A DNA stretch of 64,000 nt from an uncultured Planctomycetota bacterium (GCA_963845755.1 CAWJTV010000034.1:512001-576000), one strand, 5' to 3'; shown: positions 9,696 through 19,683, counted from the stretch's first letter. Notes: a model not told the origin generated them from the sequence alone. Program-made: numbers and translations.

Positions 9696-12133
9696 ATGAG
9701 GTAGGCGGCCAGCCCCTTGATCTCAAGGGAATCCAACCGCCCCCTCCCGAACCGGACAGGCACGTTTTCGTGCATCCGGCTCTCCAGACACAGGATCTAC
9801 ATTTGTGTCACGGTCCAACCCGGTATGCCAGGTCCGCCAGTCGGAGGCCATCATATTCTCCTCGGTGGATCTTACGGTGGCACTCTCGGCAGACGGGCAC
9901 TTGCTTCCGGTTCTGGAGTCGCATCAGCCAGGCAAACCCACCGACAGGTTTGCCCTCCATCTTTCGGATGTGACGGACGTGGTGCATCTGCACCCCGACC
10001 GTTGTTTCGCAGATGATGCATGGGTGGTCCAGGCGGGACCTTGTCCGGAATCGGACGTGCATCTCCAGTGGGTCGGTTTGATCTCTTCCCGTTAGAAATG
10101 CCGTGGGGTTCCGGGTCCAGTCGGAGTTGGCTTTGAAGAAGGTGTTCCGTTCCTTCCCCTCGCCGTCTTTCCAGTTGAATTGCAGAGTGCGTCCGTGTTC
10201 GCAGAGGAGCTGCTTAACGGGCTTCTGCAACTTGTGGGCTAAGGTCTTCGCAAGTGACAAATGCAGGATGTACTGGATACGGCTCATGGAGGCGAAGTTG
10301 TCAGCAAACCTGTAGTAGTTCAACAGCCCCCAATTGGTGCTGTTGAACAGTTCGATGATGTGCTTCACCTCCAGGCAGACCCACGCTGTCTTGGATCGGG
10401 CGATGCCCTCACCGTCACAGAAGCCCTTCTGGTGAAGACGCTTGACCAGTTTCCTGATCGGCGCTCGCATCAGCGGGCTCCACCCCGTACACCGGCGCCG
10501 GTAGTGCCGCCGTTGGTTGTGGCAGTGGGTAACCTTGGGCTGTGGGTTGACGGCCCCCACCTGAAGCCGCGTCCCGAGAAAGAAGGCCTCCTCGGTCTTG
10601 GCGTGAGTGACGACCGTCTTTTCCTGGCTGAGTTGCAGTTTCAGCCTGTCCCATAGGAACGCCTGAATCTCGTCCTTGATCTGTTCGGCCAGGGACCTCG
10701 GCCCCGTGACGCCGACGATCCAATCGTCTGCATATCTGATGTATTTGACTCTGACGAAGCCAGGGTCAAACGTGTCCATCGACGGGAGAGATCGCATCTG
10801 TTTCGTCAAAGCGCGAATCTCCGGCGTCATGATCCCACCTGACCGTTTCAACGCTCGCTGCCTGCGATAGTTGATCCGGTGATACTCGGGGCTGTCCTTC
10901 CGCTTGCTGCCCTTCTCGTACTTCTGCTGTAGTCCCTCGACGAAGAGGTCGAGTTCGTGCAGGTAGATGTTGGCGAGGATAGGGCTGGCCACGCTCCCCT
11001 GCGGGGTCCCGATAAACGAGGCCCCCGGTTCCTTCCTCCATAGGTAGCCTGCCCGGAGTGCTTTCCAGATCAGGCCGATGAAGCGTTCGTCCGAGATCCT
11101 CTTCCGGATCAGGGAAACCAGGACGTGGTGATCGATCTCGTCGAAGCAGGATTTTATATCCCCTTCGATGATCCACGTCACACCAGACCACTTGGTCCTG
11201 AACTCATGCAGGGCCGTGTGAGTCCCTCGACCAGGCCGAAAACCATGGCTACAGTCGCTAAAGGTAGGCCCTTTCGGACTGTCGTAGATCGCTTCGAGGA
11301 TCACATGGATGACCTCTTGGACGATCTTGTCCCTTGGGGATGAGATGCCGAGAGGCCGCATCTTGCCATTTGCCTTGGGAATGTATTCCCGCCGCGAAGG
11401 CTTGAATTGGAAACCCTCGTCTCGCAGGGTCGCCACGATGTCGTCGATGGCATCCATGGAGAACCCATCGAGAGTCATCCCGTCGGTGCCAGGAGTCAAG
11501 TTCCCGGGAGCGGATTTGATTTTCTCATACGCGACGATGTAGAGATCCGTCTTGTAGAGGAGTCGATACAGATCCGCGTTGACCCAGTTGAGGTCCGTGT
11601 TGCACTTCCGCAGTGCTTCAAGCCTGAGTAGGGCTGAATGACTCATCCGAGTCACCCCGTTCTTGGTGAAGCCCTGTGTCCTGTCCCCCTTGGGCCGATG
11701 CCTACTACGGGGACTCTGTCGCCTTGGGCATTGCTGCCGTTAGGCGATCCCGTGGTTGTCGGTCAGGTCCGGTCCACGTTGAGGGCCTCCGTTCATCCCT
11801 TGCCCCTGCTCATTGCAGGGTGTGTCCTGCCGGAAGATCACGGAGGTGAATGGCATGCCCCCGTGAGACAGGAATCCGGGTTTCAGCGTCATTCCCGGCG
11901 GTGATCGAGCACACCCACTGGGACTGGAGTTCAAGCAATCCAGCCTTACCCATGCGTGGCCTAACTTGCGAACGTCTCTCGGCCCTTTGACGCTGGGCCT
12001 CACGTCGCTTCTTCCGCATGCTGTTGTCCCCTCGATCCTTTCGGTTGAAGGTCAGCGGAACGTTTGACCCGCCTTCTTCCAGCGGGGTCGGGGCACTCCC
12101 GACAAGACCAGACAAACCTTAGCCACGGCGCAC
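9696..12133 (-). mobile_element. Group II intron copy 1 (2438 nt)
   Basis: 5' GTGCG, 3' ...ACCTCAT, domain V GAGCCGGATGC...GTCCGGTTC, RT ORF. Confidence 0.95.
9808..11655 (-). CDS. Group II intron-encoded RT/maturase/HNH endonuclease (LtrA-like, 615 aa)
   Basis: YIPKANGKMRPLG, EGDIKSCFD, PQGS, YIRYADD; C-terminal CIIC...HHVRH...CRECH. Confidence 0.95.
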   Translation of the reverse strand: MTRMSHSALLRLEALRKCNTDLNWVNADLYRLLYKTDLYIVAYEKIKSAPGNLTPGTDGMTLDGFSMDAIDDIVATLRDEGFQFKPSRREYIPKANGKMRPLGISSPRDKIVQEVIHVILEAIYDSPKGPTFSDCSHGFRPGRGTHTALHEFRTKWSGVTWIIEGDIKSCFDEIDHHVLVSLIRKRISDERFIGLIWKALRAGYLWRKEPGASFIGTPQGSVASPILANIYLHELDLFVEGLQQKYEKGSKRKDSPEYHRINYRRQRALKRSGGIMTPEIRALTKQMRSLPSMDTFDPGFVRVKYIRYADDWIVGVTGPRSLAEQIKDEIQAFLWDRLKLQLSQEKTVVTHAKTEEAFFLGTRLQVGAVNPQPKVTHCHNQRRHYRRRCTGWSPLMRAPIRKLVKRLHQKGFCDGEGIARSKTAWVCLEVKHIIELFNSTNWGLLNYYRFADNFASMSRIQYILHLSLAKTLAHKLQKPVKQLLCEHGRTLQFNWKDGEGKERNTFFKANSDWTRNPTAFLTGRDQTDPLEMHVRFRTRSRLDHPCIICETTVGVQMHHVRHIRKMEGKPVGGFAWLMRLQNRKQVPVCRECHRKIHRGEYDGLRLADLAYRVGP

Positions 12134-12380
12134 CCATTCGTCGATCACACCGAGGCAAGCAAGCAGTAGAGGGATGACGATCTGCCTGGCTCCGCGCGGC
12201 GGTTGCGGCGCGGGGGCGTTCCGTTCACGATTGACCCGCCAGGTCTTCGGTCTCGCGTCCATCCTCGGATCCTCTCCTGTGGTAAGAAGAAGGATGACGA
12301 AGAGGCCGCCAGCCGGATACCCGGTCCTTCAATACCTGCAATTCGGTAGGATCAGGAGAATCGCAAGGGAGCCTCGCATC

Positions 12381-13163
12381 ATGAGCATCTTCGACCGATT
12401 CAAATTGACGGGAAAGCGTCTCTTCATCACGGGAGGTAGTCGCGGCTTGGGACGGGAGATGGCACTCGCGATCGCCGAGGCCGGCGCCGACGTGATCCTC
12501 GTTGGCCGCGACCCGGCAGGTTTGGAGAAGGCAGCCGGCGACATCCGCGCCCTGGGCCGCCAATGCTGGACCCTCGCGGCGGACGTCGGAAAGCCGGCCG
12601 AATGCGAAGAGGCGTGCCGGTTGGCTCTGGATCATCACGGCCCGATCGACATTCTGATCAACAACGTGGGCGGCCGGCACGAGAACATCCCCACGGAAGC
12701 GATGTCGCTCGACAAATGGCGCGAGCTGATCGACCTGAACCTCACCAGCTGCATGCAATGTACGAAATGGCTCGGCGCGGCGATGATCGAGCGCGGCGGG
12801 GGCGGGCGAATCATTAACATCGCTTCGATCAACGCGCTCGTGGCGGGGCGTGGCATCACGGGCCGGCACTACGAGACAGCGAAGGCGGCGATGCTTCAGT
12901 TCACCCGCGCGGTCGCGGCCGACTGGGCGGTGCACAAGATCACGGTAAACGCCATCCTGCCGGGCGGCTTCATGACAGAGGCGAACCAGCGCTGGTCCGA
13001 AATCCATCCGGAGGTGATCGAGCAGTTCCGCGCCAATATCCCGCTGGGCGATTTCGGCCAGCCGGAGGATCTTGGGCCGCTCGCGGTGTACCTGGCCAGC
13101 GACGCCTCGCGCTACATGACCGGGGCAGCCCTGGTGATCGACGGCGGGTACACGTTGTGGTAG
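12381..13163 (+). CDS. SDR family oxidoreductase
   Basis: TGGSRGLG, NNVG, YETAK catalytic motif, DGG C-terminus. Confidence 0.92.
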   Translation: MSIFDRFKLTGKRLFITGGSRGLGREMALAIAEAGADVILVGRDPAGLEKAAGDIRALGRQCWTLAADVGKPAECEEACRLALDHHGPIDILINNVGGRHENIPTEAMSLDKWRELIDLNLTSCMQCTKWLGAAMIERGGGGRIINIASINALVAGRGITGRHYETAKAAMLQFTRAVAADWAVHKITVNAILPGGFMTEANQRWSEIHPEVIEQFRANIPLGDFGQPEDLGPLAVYLASDASRYMTGAALVIDGGYTLW

Positions 13164-13215
13164 GAAGACTGACGCGGGAATGTGATCACGCCAGTCTCCT
13201 TGTCGAGGACTTGAA

Positions 13216-14035
13216 ATGAACGGACCCAGAACGGTCAGATCGTTCGTGTCAAGTAGCCCGGAGTATCATCGGGCATTCCAAGCGTTCCTGGCCCACACTG
13301 ACCAGAAGGACAAGGCCAGGGAGTGGATAAGGCACGAGGTCGACGGGCTCGCGAATCGGTCGGTCATGATTGACGCGGGCGCCGGCAGCGGGCGGCTCAC
13401 TTCGTGGCTCACTCCGCTGTTCGGGACTGTGATCGCCATCGAACCGAACCCCTCCATGGAGTCGGAGCTTCGGATCGCTTGCCCAGACGCGGTGGTGATC
13501 GCCGCCACGATCGCCTCGGCCTCACCGCCGACGGCAGGGGACTTCGTGCTGTGCTCGCACGTGTTCTATCACATCCCCCGGTCGCAGTGGGAAGCGACCT
13601 TGCTGCACTTGATGGGCTGGCTAGCTCCCGGGGGCGTTCTCGCCGTCGCGTTGCAGAACCCCCGTGCTGACTGCATGCGCATGGTCAACCATTTCCTCGG
13701 GGGCCGCCTCGATCTGAGCGAGCTTTGCCCGATGGCGAACGCAGAGGATGGTGAGTATGAGGCACGGCTGGAGACCGTTCCTGCTCACATTCGCGCGCCC
13801 GACCTCGGGACAGCCTGCGAGATCGCCGAATTCTTCCTGAATGACCTGCCCATGCCCGCGCCACCGAGGTGGGAGGACCTGGAGCATTACGTTGAACGAG
13901 CATTTCAAGCAGGCCGAAGGTGGTTACCAGCTCTCGTGTCATCAAGACTTCTTACGAGTCTCCAGATCGATTGGATCGCCTCTATCGGCGATAAGAGCGG
14001 ACCGTCCGCACGGGGCGCGGCGGTCGTCCCCTTGA
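13216..14035 (+). CDS. Class I SAM-dependent methyltransferase (frameshift near 13900)
   Basis: IDAGAGSG motif I, IEPN, LCSHVFYHI, LAPGG. Confidence 0.8.
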
Positions 14036-14224
14036 TCTGGGGGCGAGAGCTTCTGCGCCAAACGGTGCAGGGACTGGACCACCGTTCGGCTCGTCTCGGG
14101 AGGCCGACGGTTGATTGGCGGCTGGATGGACCGGACTATCTGGGTCTGGGACGCGACGCCGCTGCCGGAATAGCAGCGAGGGTGGGGACACTGTTCGCAG
14201 TCGTCCTCAATCGGCCGGCTCCGC

Positions 14225-14420
14225 CCGTGCAGACCTCACCTTCCTCGCGATGACGCGGCAGCGGTTCGGTCGGCCGCAAGAGGCCCGAGAGGGCCTCGAC
14301 CGCCTCCGGGAGAACCTGGAGGACCCAGCCCGCGCTAGATGGCGAGGCCCCGGGCTTCTTGCGCGAGGCCCGAGCGGTCTTTGCCGCTTCACGCCGTTGG
14401 CCTGCGAGCCACGCTGCTGA
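14225..14420 (+). pseudogene. C-terminal TPR-like fragment of a planctomycete kinase/WD40-type protein
   Basis: 'DLTFLAMTRQRFGRPQEAREGLDRLRE' resembles such C-termini; no N-terminus present. Confidence 0.4.
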
Positions 14421-14481
14421 ACGATCAGCCCGGCGTGCCGCGTCGCCGTGATCTCGCCGCCGTGGAGCGCCTTCCTTTTGC

Positions 14482-14746
14482 GCGCGTCGGTCCGACGACA
14501 CGAATGGCACTAGCCTAAGCGTAAGTCGCTGATACTAAGTGACTTGTGTCTGTGACGGTCGGGGTTCTTGCAGAGAATACCCGACTATGATCATGATTTG
14601 ACGATGGGCTAGCCGGGAAACCAAGGCCTCAGATGGAGCCCCTAGGAATCCGGTCCATGGATCAAGGAAGTCCATTGTTTGCAAGTTCAATTTCTGCCAG
14701 AGGTTGCGCTTATGCTAGTGCCATTCGTGTCGTCGGACCGACGCGC
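14482..14746. repeat. Arm-core-arm unit 2 (core 14513-14715, 203 bp)
   Basis: Perfect 33-bp inverted repeat 14482-14514 / 14714-14746 containing ACGAATGGCACTAGC. Confidence 0.9.
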
Positions 14747-14841
14747 AGAGAGCCGTTCCACAAGACGCCGGTGAATCCAGAACTAACCGCGTCCCTGTTC
14801 CCCTCCCTTGGATACAAATTCAAGAGGACTCGGTTTCACGC

Positions 14842-15470
14842 TCAAGCGAATCCCTTGTCTTTGAGCCACTTCTCAATCACAGATGGAAGGGTGGTGCCCG
14901 GGTTTCTCGTGTCGAAGGGCTTGTAGAGTTTGCCGTTCAGATCGGCTTGAAGGGTCTTGAGAGTCTTGTCCTTCAGCAGTAAGACCGGCTTGTTGAGGGC
15001 CATCATGTAGCCGACCTCTAGGCCGACATTGGGATTGAACTCCTCTTGCTCGATCCGATCGAAGATGGCGATGCCGAAGCCGCAGCCGTGCATGTAGGTC
15101 TTGATATTGGAGAAGGTGTCGTCGTCGTATTCCTTGTGATCGGCCCGCATGGCGGCAATTCCATGCTTTGCGGTCGTCTCCTGGATCACACGGACGATGT
15201 CACTGTGAGCGTCGGTCTCGGTGAACCGCATCATATGAAGGCGGCCTTGCGTGGGTCGGGATGCTCAGCCTGGAACGCCTGGAGGCTTTCTTGGATATCG
15301 GGCGGCAAAGATGGAAGGCTTGGCTTCGGCGGTAATGCTTTGCTTCTTCGTCCAGATGGGCGAGTCGAGACTGAACCTGGATCAGGCATCTCAACGAGCG
15401 CAGCACTCGAATAGTTCGCCAGGCGCCGCCCCTTTCCTTCGTCCCACACGCATTCAAGATTGCTAAACAT
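14842..15470 (-). CDS. Nucleoside 2-deoxyribosyltransferase-like / TIR-like domain protein (1-nt frameshift at ~15233)
   Basis: The two ORFs join as ...KAAFI-MMRF...; motifs RAD and NPNVGLEVGYMMALNKPVLLL. Confidence 0.6.
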
Positions 15471-15565
15471 TGAGTCTACTTGCGCAGTATGGGTAAGCTG
15501 GCCCCCCCCTCAGACTACGCAGTCCGCTTGGAATATTAGCAATATCCCTCGGCAAAGACGAGGAA

Positions 15566-16660
15566 TCAGCTCGAGCCGAGTCCCTCATACTCGGGGGATA
15601 GCCGGTAACTCCGCGACTTCCTGGCCGGGTCAACCACGAGCACGAACCCGCCGCTCACCCATGAAGAGAGGATGTTCCGGGCCGTCCTCTGGGAGACGCC
15701 GAAGAGGCCCTCGACGTCGCGGCTGGTGATGACGACCGAGCGGCGGAAGAGCTCCAGGGCCCGGCGCCGGCGGGGGTCGAGGCGACGCAGCGCGGCCGAG
15801 TCATCCCTCATGCCCCGGTCGGCGGCCTCCCGGGCGCGGCGGCGGACGCTCTCGAAGCTGTCGGCCATGCCCGCGCAGAAGTATTCGACCCACGCCGTGA
15901 TGTCCGCCTCGGCACGGCCCTGATAGTAATTGTGCGACGGCCCGACCGCCAATGCCCGGTAGTAGGCCGACAGGTCTCTGGCGTAGTATTCTTCCAGCGA
16001 ATAGAGCCCCTTCAGGTCGTACCCGCCCCGGTGGAGGATCAGGGTCGTCAGGAGCCTCGCCGTGCGGCCGTTGCCGTCGTAGTAGGGGTGGATCGTGGCG
16101 AACTGGTAGTGGGCGATCCCGGCGCGGATCGGGCACGGGACGCCCTCGTGCTCGCTGCGCCGGAGCCAGTCGACGAGCTCCTCCATGAGCCGGGGGACAT
16201 CCGATGCCTCCGGGGGCATGTAGACGATCCGACGGCTGCCGGCGTCGCGGATCACGTTCTGCCCGCCCCGGTATGGGGTGGGCTTCTTCACCGCCTTGCC
16301 GCTGGCCATCACGAGGGCGTGAAGGGTTCGGACCTGGAGGTCCGTCACGTCCCCTCCCTGGGCCGCGAATCGTTCGAGCCGCTCGATCGCCGCGTAGTAG
16401 CCGAGGACCTCGGCCTCGTCTCGCTCCCGGCCCGGGAAATGCCTCCCCTGCTCGATCAACGAGGAGACCTCCTCCCGAGCGAGGCGGTTGCCCTCGATCA
16501 TCGTGGAGTAGTGGGTGGAGAAGAGCCGCGCGGTCTCGCGGAGGCCGGCGAGCACGGAGGACGTGATCGGCAGGTCCTCCACGGCCTGCCGGGCCGCCTC
16601 GATCCTCATGAGGTGGGTCGCGGTGCGGGGCGTGATCCGGTAGTTGGGCTCGAACGGCAT
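15566..16660 (-). CDS. Fic family protein with C-terminal HTH
   Basis: STMIEGN, HPYYDGNGRTAR, C-terminal 'VSQRTARNILS'. Confidence 0.92.
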   Translation of the reverse strand: MPFEPNYRITPRTATHLMRIEAARQAVEDLPITSSVLAGLRETARLFSTHYSTMIEGNRLAREEVSSLIEQGRHFPGRERDEAEVLGYYAAIERLERFAAQGGDVTDLQVRTLHALVMASGKAVKKPTPYRGGQNVIRDAGSRRIVYMPPEASDVPRLMEELVDWLRRSEHEGVPCPIRAGIAHYQFATIHPYYDGNGRTARLLTTLILHRGGYDLKGLYSLEEYYARDLSAYYRALAVGPSHNYYQGRAEADITAWVEYFCAGMADSFESVRRRAREAADRGMRDDSAALRRLDPRRRRALELFRRSVVITSRDVEGLFGVSQRTARNILSSWVSGGFVLVVDPARKSRSYRLSPEYEGLGSS

Positions 16661-17005
16661 TCGGCGGCACTTTCTCGGTCGGTTTCCTTGCCGTTATTGT
16701 GCCGTTAAAGTGCCGATAAATCAAGCGATCGGTGTGGGTCGAGGTAGGCACTCTGCTCACAACCTGGGACGCGTATCTGGATTGCGGCGTCGCCGGCGAG
16801 GCGGCGGGGGGTGAACGCCGACATTGCGATTAGTCCGACGCTTGGGCGGTCTAGACAAGCGCATGTCCCGCCGGGCCGGCTCGATGGCCGCCCCGCCCCG
16901 GGCCCGGCCCGGCCGATCGCCGGACGGAGCCGGTTCGTCCAACAGACGGGGCGGAGTCGGGCCGGAGCCGGCGACGTTGCTTGCTTCGGTGGGATCGACG
17001 AATGG

Positions 17006-19443
17006 GTGCGCCGTGGCTAAGGTTTGTCTGGTCTTGTCGGGAGTGCCCCGACCCCGCTGGAAGAAGGCGGGTCAAACGTTCCGCTGACCTTCAACCGAAA
17101 GGATCGAGGGGACAACAGCATGCGGAAGAAGCGACGTGAGGCCCAGCGTCAAAGGGCCGAGAGACGTTCGCAAGTTAGGCCACGCATGGGTAAGGCTGGA
17201 TTGCTTGAACTCCAGTCCCAGTGGGTGTGCCCGATCACCGCCGGGAATGACGCTGAAACCCGGATTCCTGTCTCACGGGGGCATGCCATTCACCTCCGTG
17301 ATCTTCCGGCAGGACACACCCTGCAATGAGCAGGGGCAAGGGATGAACGGAGGCCCTCAACGTGGACCGGACCTGACCGACAACCACGGGATCGCCTAAC
17401 GGCAGCAATGCCCAAGGCGACAGAGTCCCCGTAGTAGGCATCGGCCCAAGGGGGACAGGACACAGGGCTTCACCAAGAAAGGGGTGACTCGGATGAGTCA
17501 TTCAGCCCTACTCAGGCTTGAAGCACTGCGGAAGTGCAACACGGACCTCAACTGGGTCAACGCGGATCTGTATCGACTCCTCTACAAGACGGATCTCTAC
17601 ATCGTCGCGTATGAGAAAATCAAATCCGCTCCCGGGAACTTGACTCCTGGCACCGACGGGATGACTCTCGATGGGTTCTCCATGGATGCCATCGACGACA
17701 TCGTGGCGACCCTGCGAGACGAGGGTTTCCAATTCAAGCCTTCGCGGCGGGAATACATTCCCAAGGCAAATGGCAAGATGCGGCCTCTCGGCATCTCATC
17801 CCCAAGGGACAAGATCGTCCAAGAGGTCATCCATGTGATCCTCGAAGCGATCTACGACAGTCCGAAAGGGCCTACCTTTAGCGACTGTAGCCATGGTTTT
17901 CGGCCTGGTCGAGGGACTCACACGGCCCTGCATGAGTTCAGGACCAAGTGGTCTGGTGTGACGTGGATCATCGAAGGGGATATAAAATCCTGCTTCGACG
18001 AGATCGATCACCACGTCCTGGTTTCCCTGATCCGGAAGAGGATCTCGGACGAACGCTTCATCGGCCTGATCTGGAAAGCACTCCGGGCAGGCTACCTATG
18101 GAGGAAGGAACCGGGGGCCTCGTTTATCGGGACCCCGCAGGGGAGCGTGGCCAGCCCTATCCTCGCCAACATCTACCTGCACGAACTCGACCTCTTCGTC
18201 GAGGGACTACAGCAGAAGTACGAGAAGGGCAGCAAGCGGAAGGACAGCCCCGAGTATCACCGGATCAACTATCGCAGGCAGCGAGCGTTGAAACGGTCAG
18301 GTGGGATCATGACGCCGGAGATTCGCGCTTTGACGAAACAGATGCGATCTCTCCCGTCGATGGACACGTTTGACCCTGGCTTCGTCAGAGTCAAATACAT
18401 CAGATATGCAGACGATTGGATCGTCGGCGTCACGGGGCCGAGGTCCCTGGCCGAACAGATCAAGGACGAGATTCAGGCGTTCCTATGGGACAGGCTGAAA
18501 CTGCAACTCAGCCAGGAAAAGACGGTCGTCACTCACGCCAAGACCGAGGAGGCCTTCTTTCTCGGGACGCGGCTTCAGGTGGGGGCCGTCAACCCACAGC
18601 CCAAGGTTACCCACTGCCACAACCAACGGCGGCACTACCGGCGCCGGTGTACGGGGTGGAGCCCGCTGATGCGAGCGCCGATCAGGAAACTGGTCAAGCG
18701 TCTTCACCAGAAGGGCTTCTGTGACGGTGAGGGCATCGCCCGATCCAAGACAGCGTGGGTCTGCCTGGAGGTGAAGCACATCATCGAACTGTTCAACAGC
18801 ACCAATTGGGGGCTGTTGAACTACTACAGGTTTGCTGACAACTTCGCCTCCATGAGCCGTATCCAGTACATCCTGCATTTGTCACTTGCGAAGACCTTAG
18901 CCCACAAGTTGCAGAAGCCCGTTAAGCAGCTCCTCTGCGAACACGGACGCACTCTGCAATTCAACTGGAAAGACGGCGAGGGGAAGGAACGGAACACCTT
19001 CTTCAAAGCCAACTCCGACTGGACCCGGAACCCCACGGCATTTCTAACGGGAAGAGATCAAACCGACCCACTGGAGATGCACGTCCGATTCCGGACAAGG
19101 TCCCGCCTGGACCACCCATGCATCATCTGCGAAACAACGGTCGGGGTGCAGATGCACCACGTCCGTCACATCCGAAAGATGGAGGGCAAACCTGTCGGTG
19201 GGTTTGCCTGGCTGATGCGACTCCAGAACCGGAAGCAAGTGCCCGTCTGCCGAGAGTGCCACCGTAAGATCCACCGAGGAGAATATGATGGCCTCCGACT
19301 GGCGGACCTGGCATACCGGGTTGGACCGTGACACAAATGTAGATCCTGTGTCTGGAGAGCCGGATGCACGAAAACGTGCCTGTCCGGTTCGGGAGGGGGC
19401 GGTTGGATTCCCTTGAGATCAAGGGGCTGGCCGCCTACCTCAT
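17006..19443 (+). mobile_element. Group II intron copy 2 (2438 nt), inverted relative to copy 1
   Basis: GTGCG at 17006; domain V at ~19358-19391; ends CAT 19443; I saw differences from copy 1 only at 17231 and 17480. Confidence 0.95.
17484..19331 (+). CDS. Group II intron-encoded RT/maturase/HNH endonuclease (identical protein to copy 1)
   Basis: Same 615-aa translation, YADD motif. Confidence 0.95.
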   Translation: MTRMSHSALLRLEALRKCNTDLNWVNADLYRLLYKTDLYIVAYEKIKSAPGNLTPGTDGMTLDGFSMDAIDDIVATLRDEGFQFKPSRREYIPKANGKMRPLGISSPRDKIVQEVIHVILEAIYDSPKGPTFSDCSHGFRPGRGTHTALHEFRTKWSGVTWIIEGDIKSCFDEIDHHVLVSLIRKRISDERFIGLIWKALRAGYLWRKEPGASFIGTPQGSVASPILANIYLHELDLFVEGLQQKYEKGSKRKDSPEYHRINYRRQRALKRSGGIMTPEIRALTKQMRSLPSMDTFDPGFVRVKYIRYADDWIVGVTGPRSLAEQIKDEIQAFLWDRLKLQLSQEKTVVTHAKTEEAFFLGTRLQVGAVNPQPKVTHCHNQRRHYRRRCTGWSPLMRAPIRKLVKRLHQKGFCDGEGIARSKTAWVCLEVKHIIELFNSTNWGLLNYYRFADNFASMSRIQYILHLSLAKTLAHKLQKPVKQLLCEHGRTLQFNWKDGEGKERNTFFKANSDWTRNPTAFLTGRDQTDPLEMHVRFRTRSRLDHPCIICETTVGVQMHHVRHIRKMEGKPVGGFAWLMRLQNRKQVPVCRECHRKIHRGEYDGLRLADLAYRVGP

Positions 19444-19683
19444 CACTAGCTTAAGCGTAACAGCTTATGCCATTGGAGTTTAGGCACGGGTCGTCAGGCA
19501 TATTTTCAGCGATTGCAAATATTCGCTTGTAATATTGATAGAGGATTTGGCCTCAATTCAAGCCACATGGACCCAGCCTTATATCCTCCTGAGTACTACT
19601 GATGGGATAAACATTGCGACGCAACTCATTTTCTAAAAAAGAGTTACGCTTAAGCTAGTGCCATTCGTGGGATCGACCGAAGC
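19444..19683. repeat. Arm-core-arm unit 3 (core 19449-19655, 207 bp); left arm split by intron, begins 16983-17005
   Basis: Core aligns without gaps to core 1 in the same orientation (about 85% identity by hand count). Confidence 0.9.

Noticed and set aside
17231..17231. T/C difference in putative EBS2 between intron copies as retargeting
   Set aside because: The C variant mismatches the invariant A in every arm, so it does not explain target choice; it may be a read error.
9808..19331. RT genes as retron, DGR or CRISPR-associated RT
   Set aside because: Full group II intron hallmarks (GTGCG start, domain V, AY end, HNH domain, EBS/IBS pairing); no TR/VR pair, msr-msd or cas1 seen.
9455..19683. 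Classical integron attC array
   Set aside because: No RYYYAAC...GTTRRRY termini with single-gene co-oriented cassettes, no intI, and the sites alternate in orientation.
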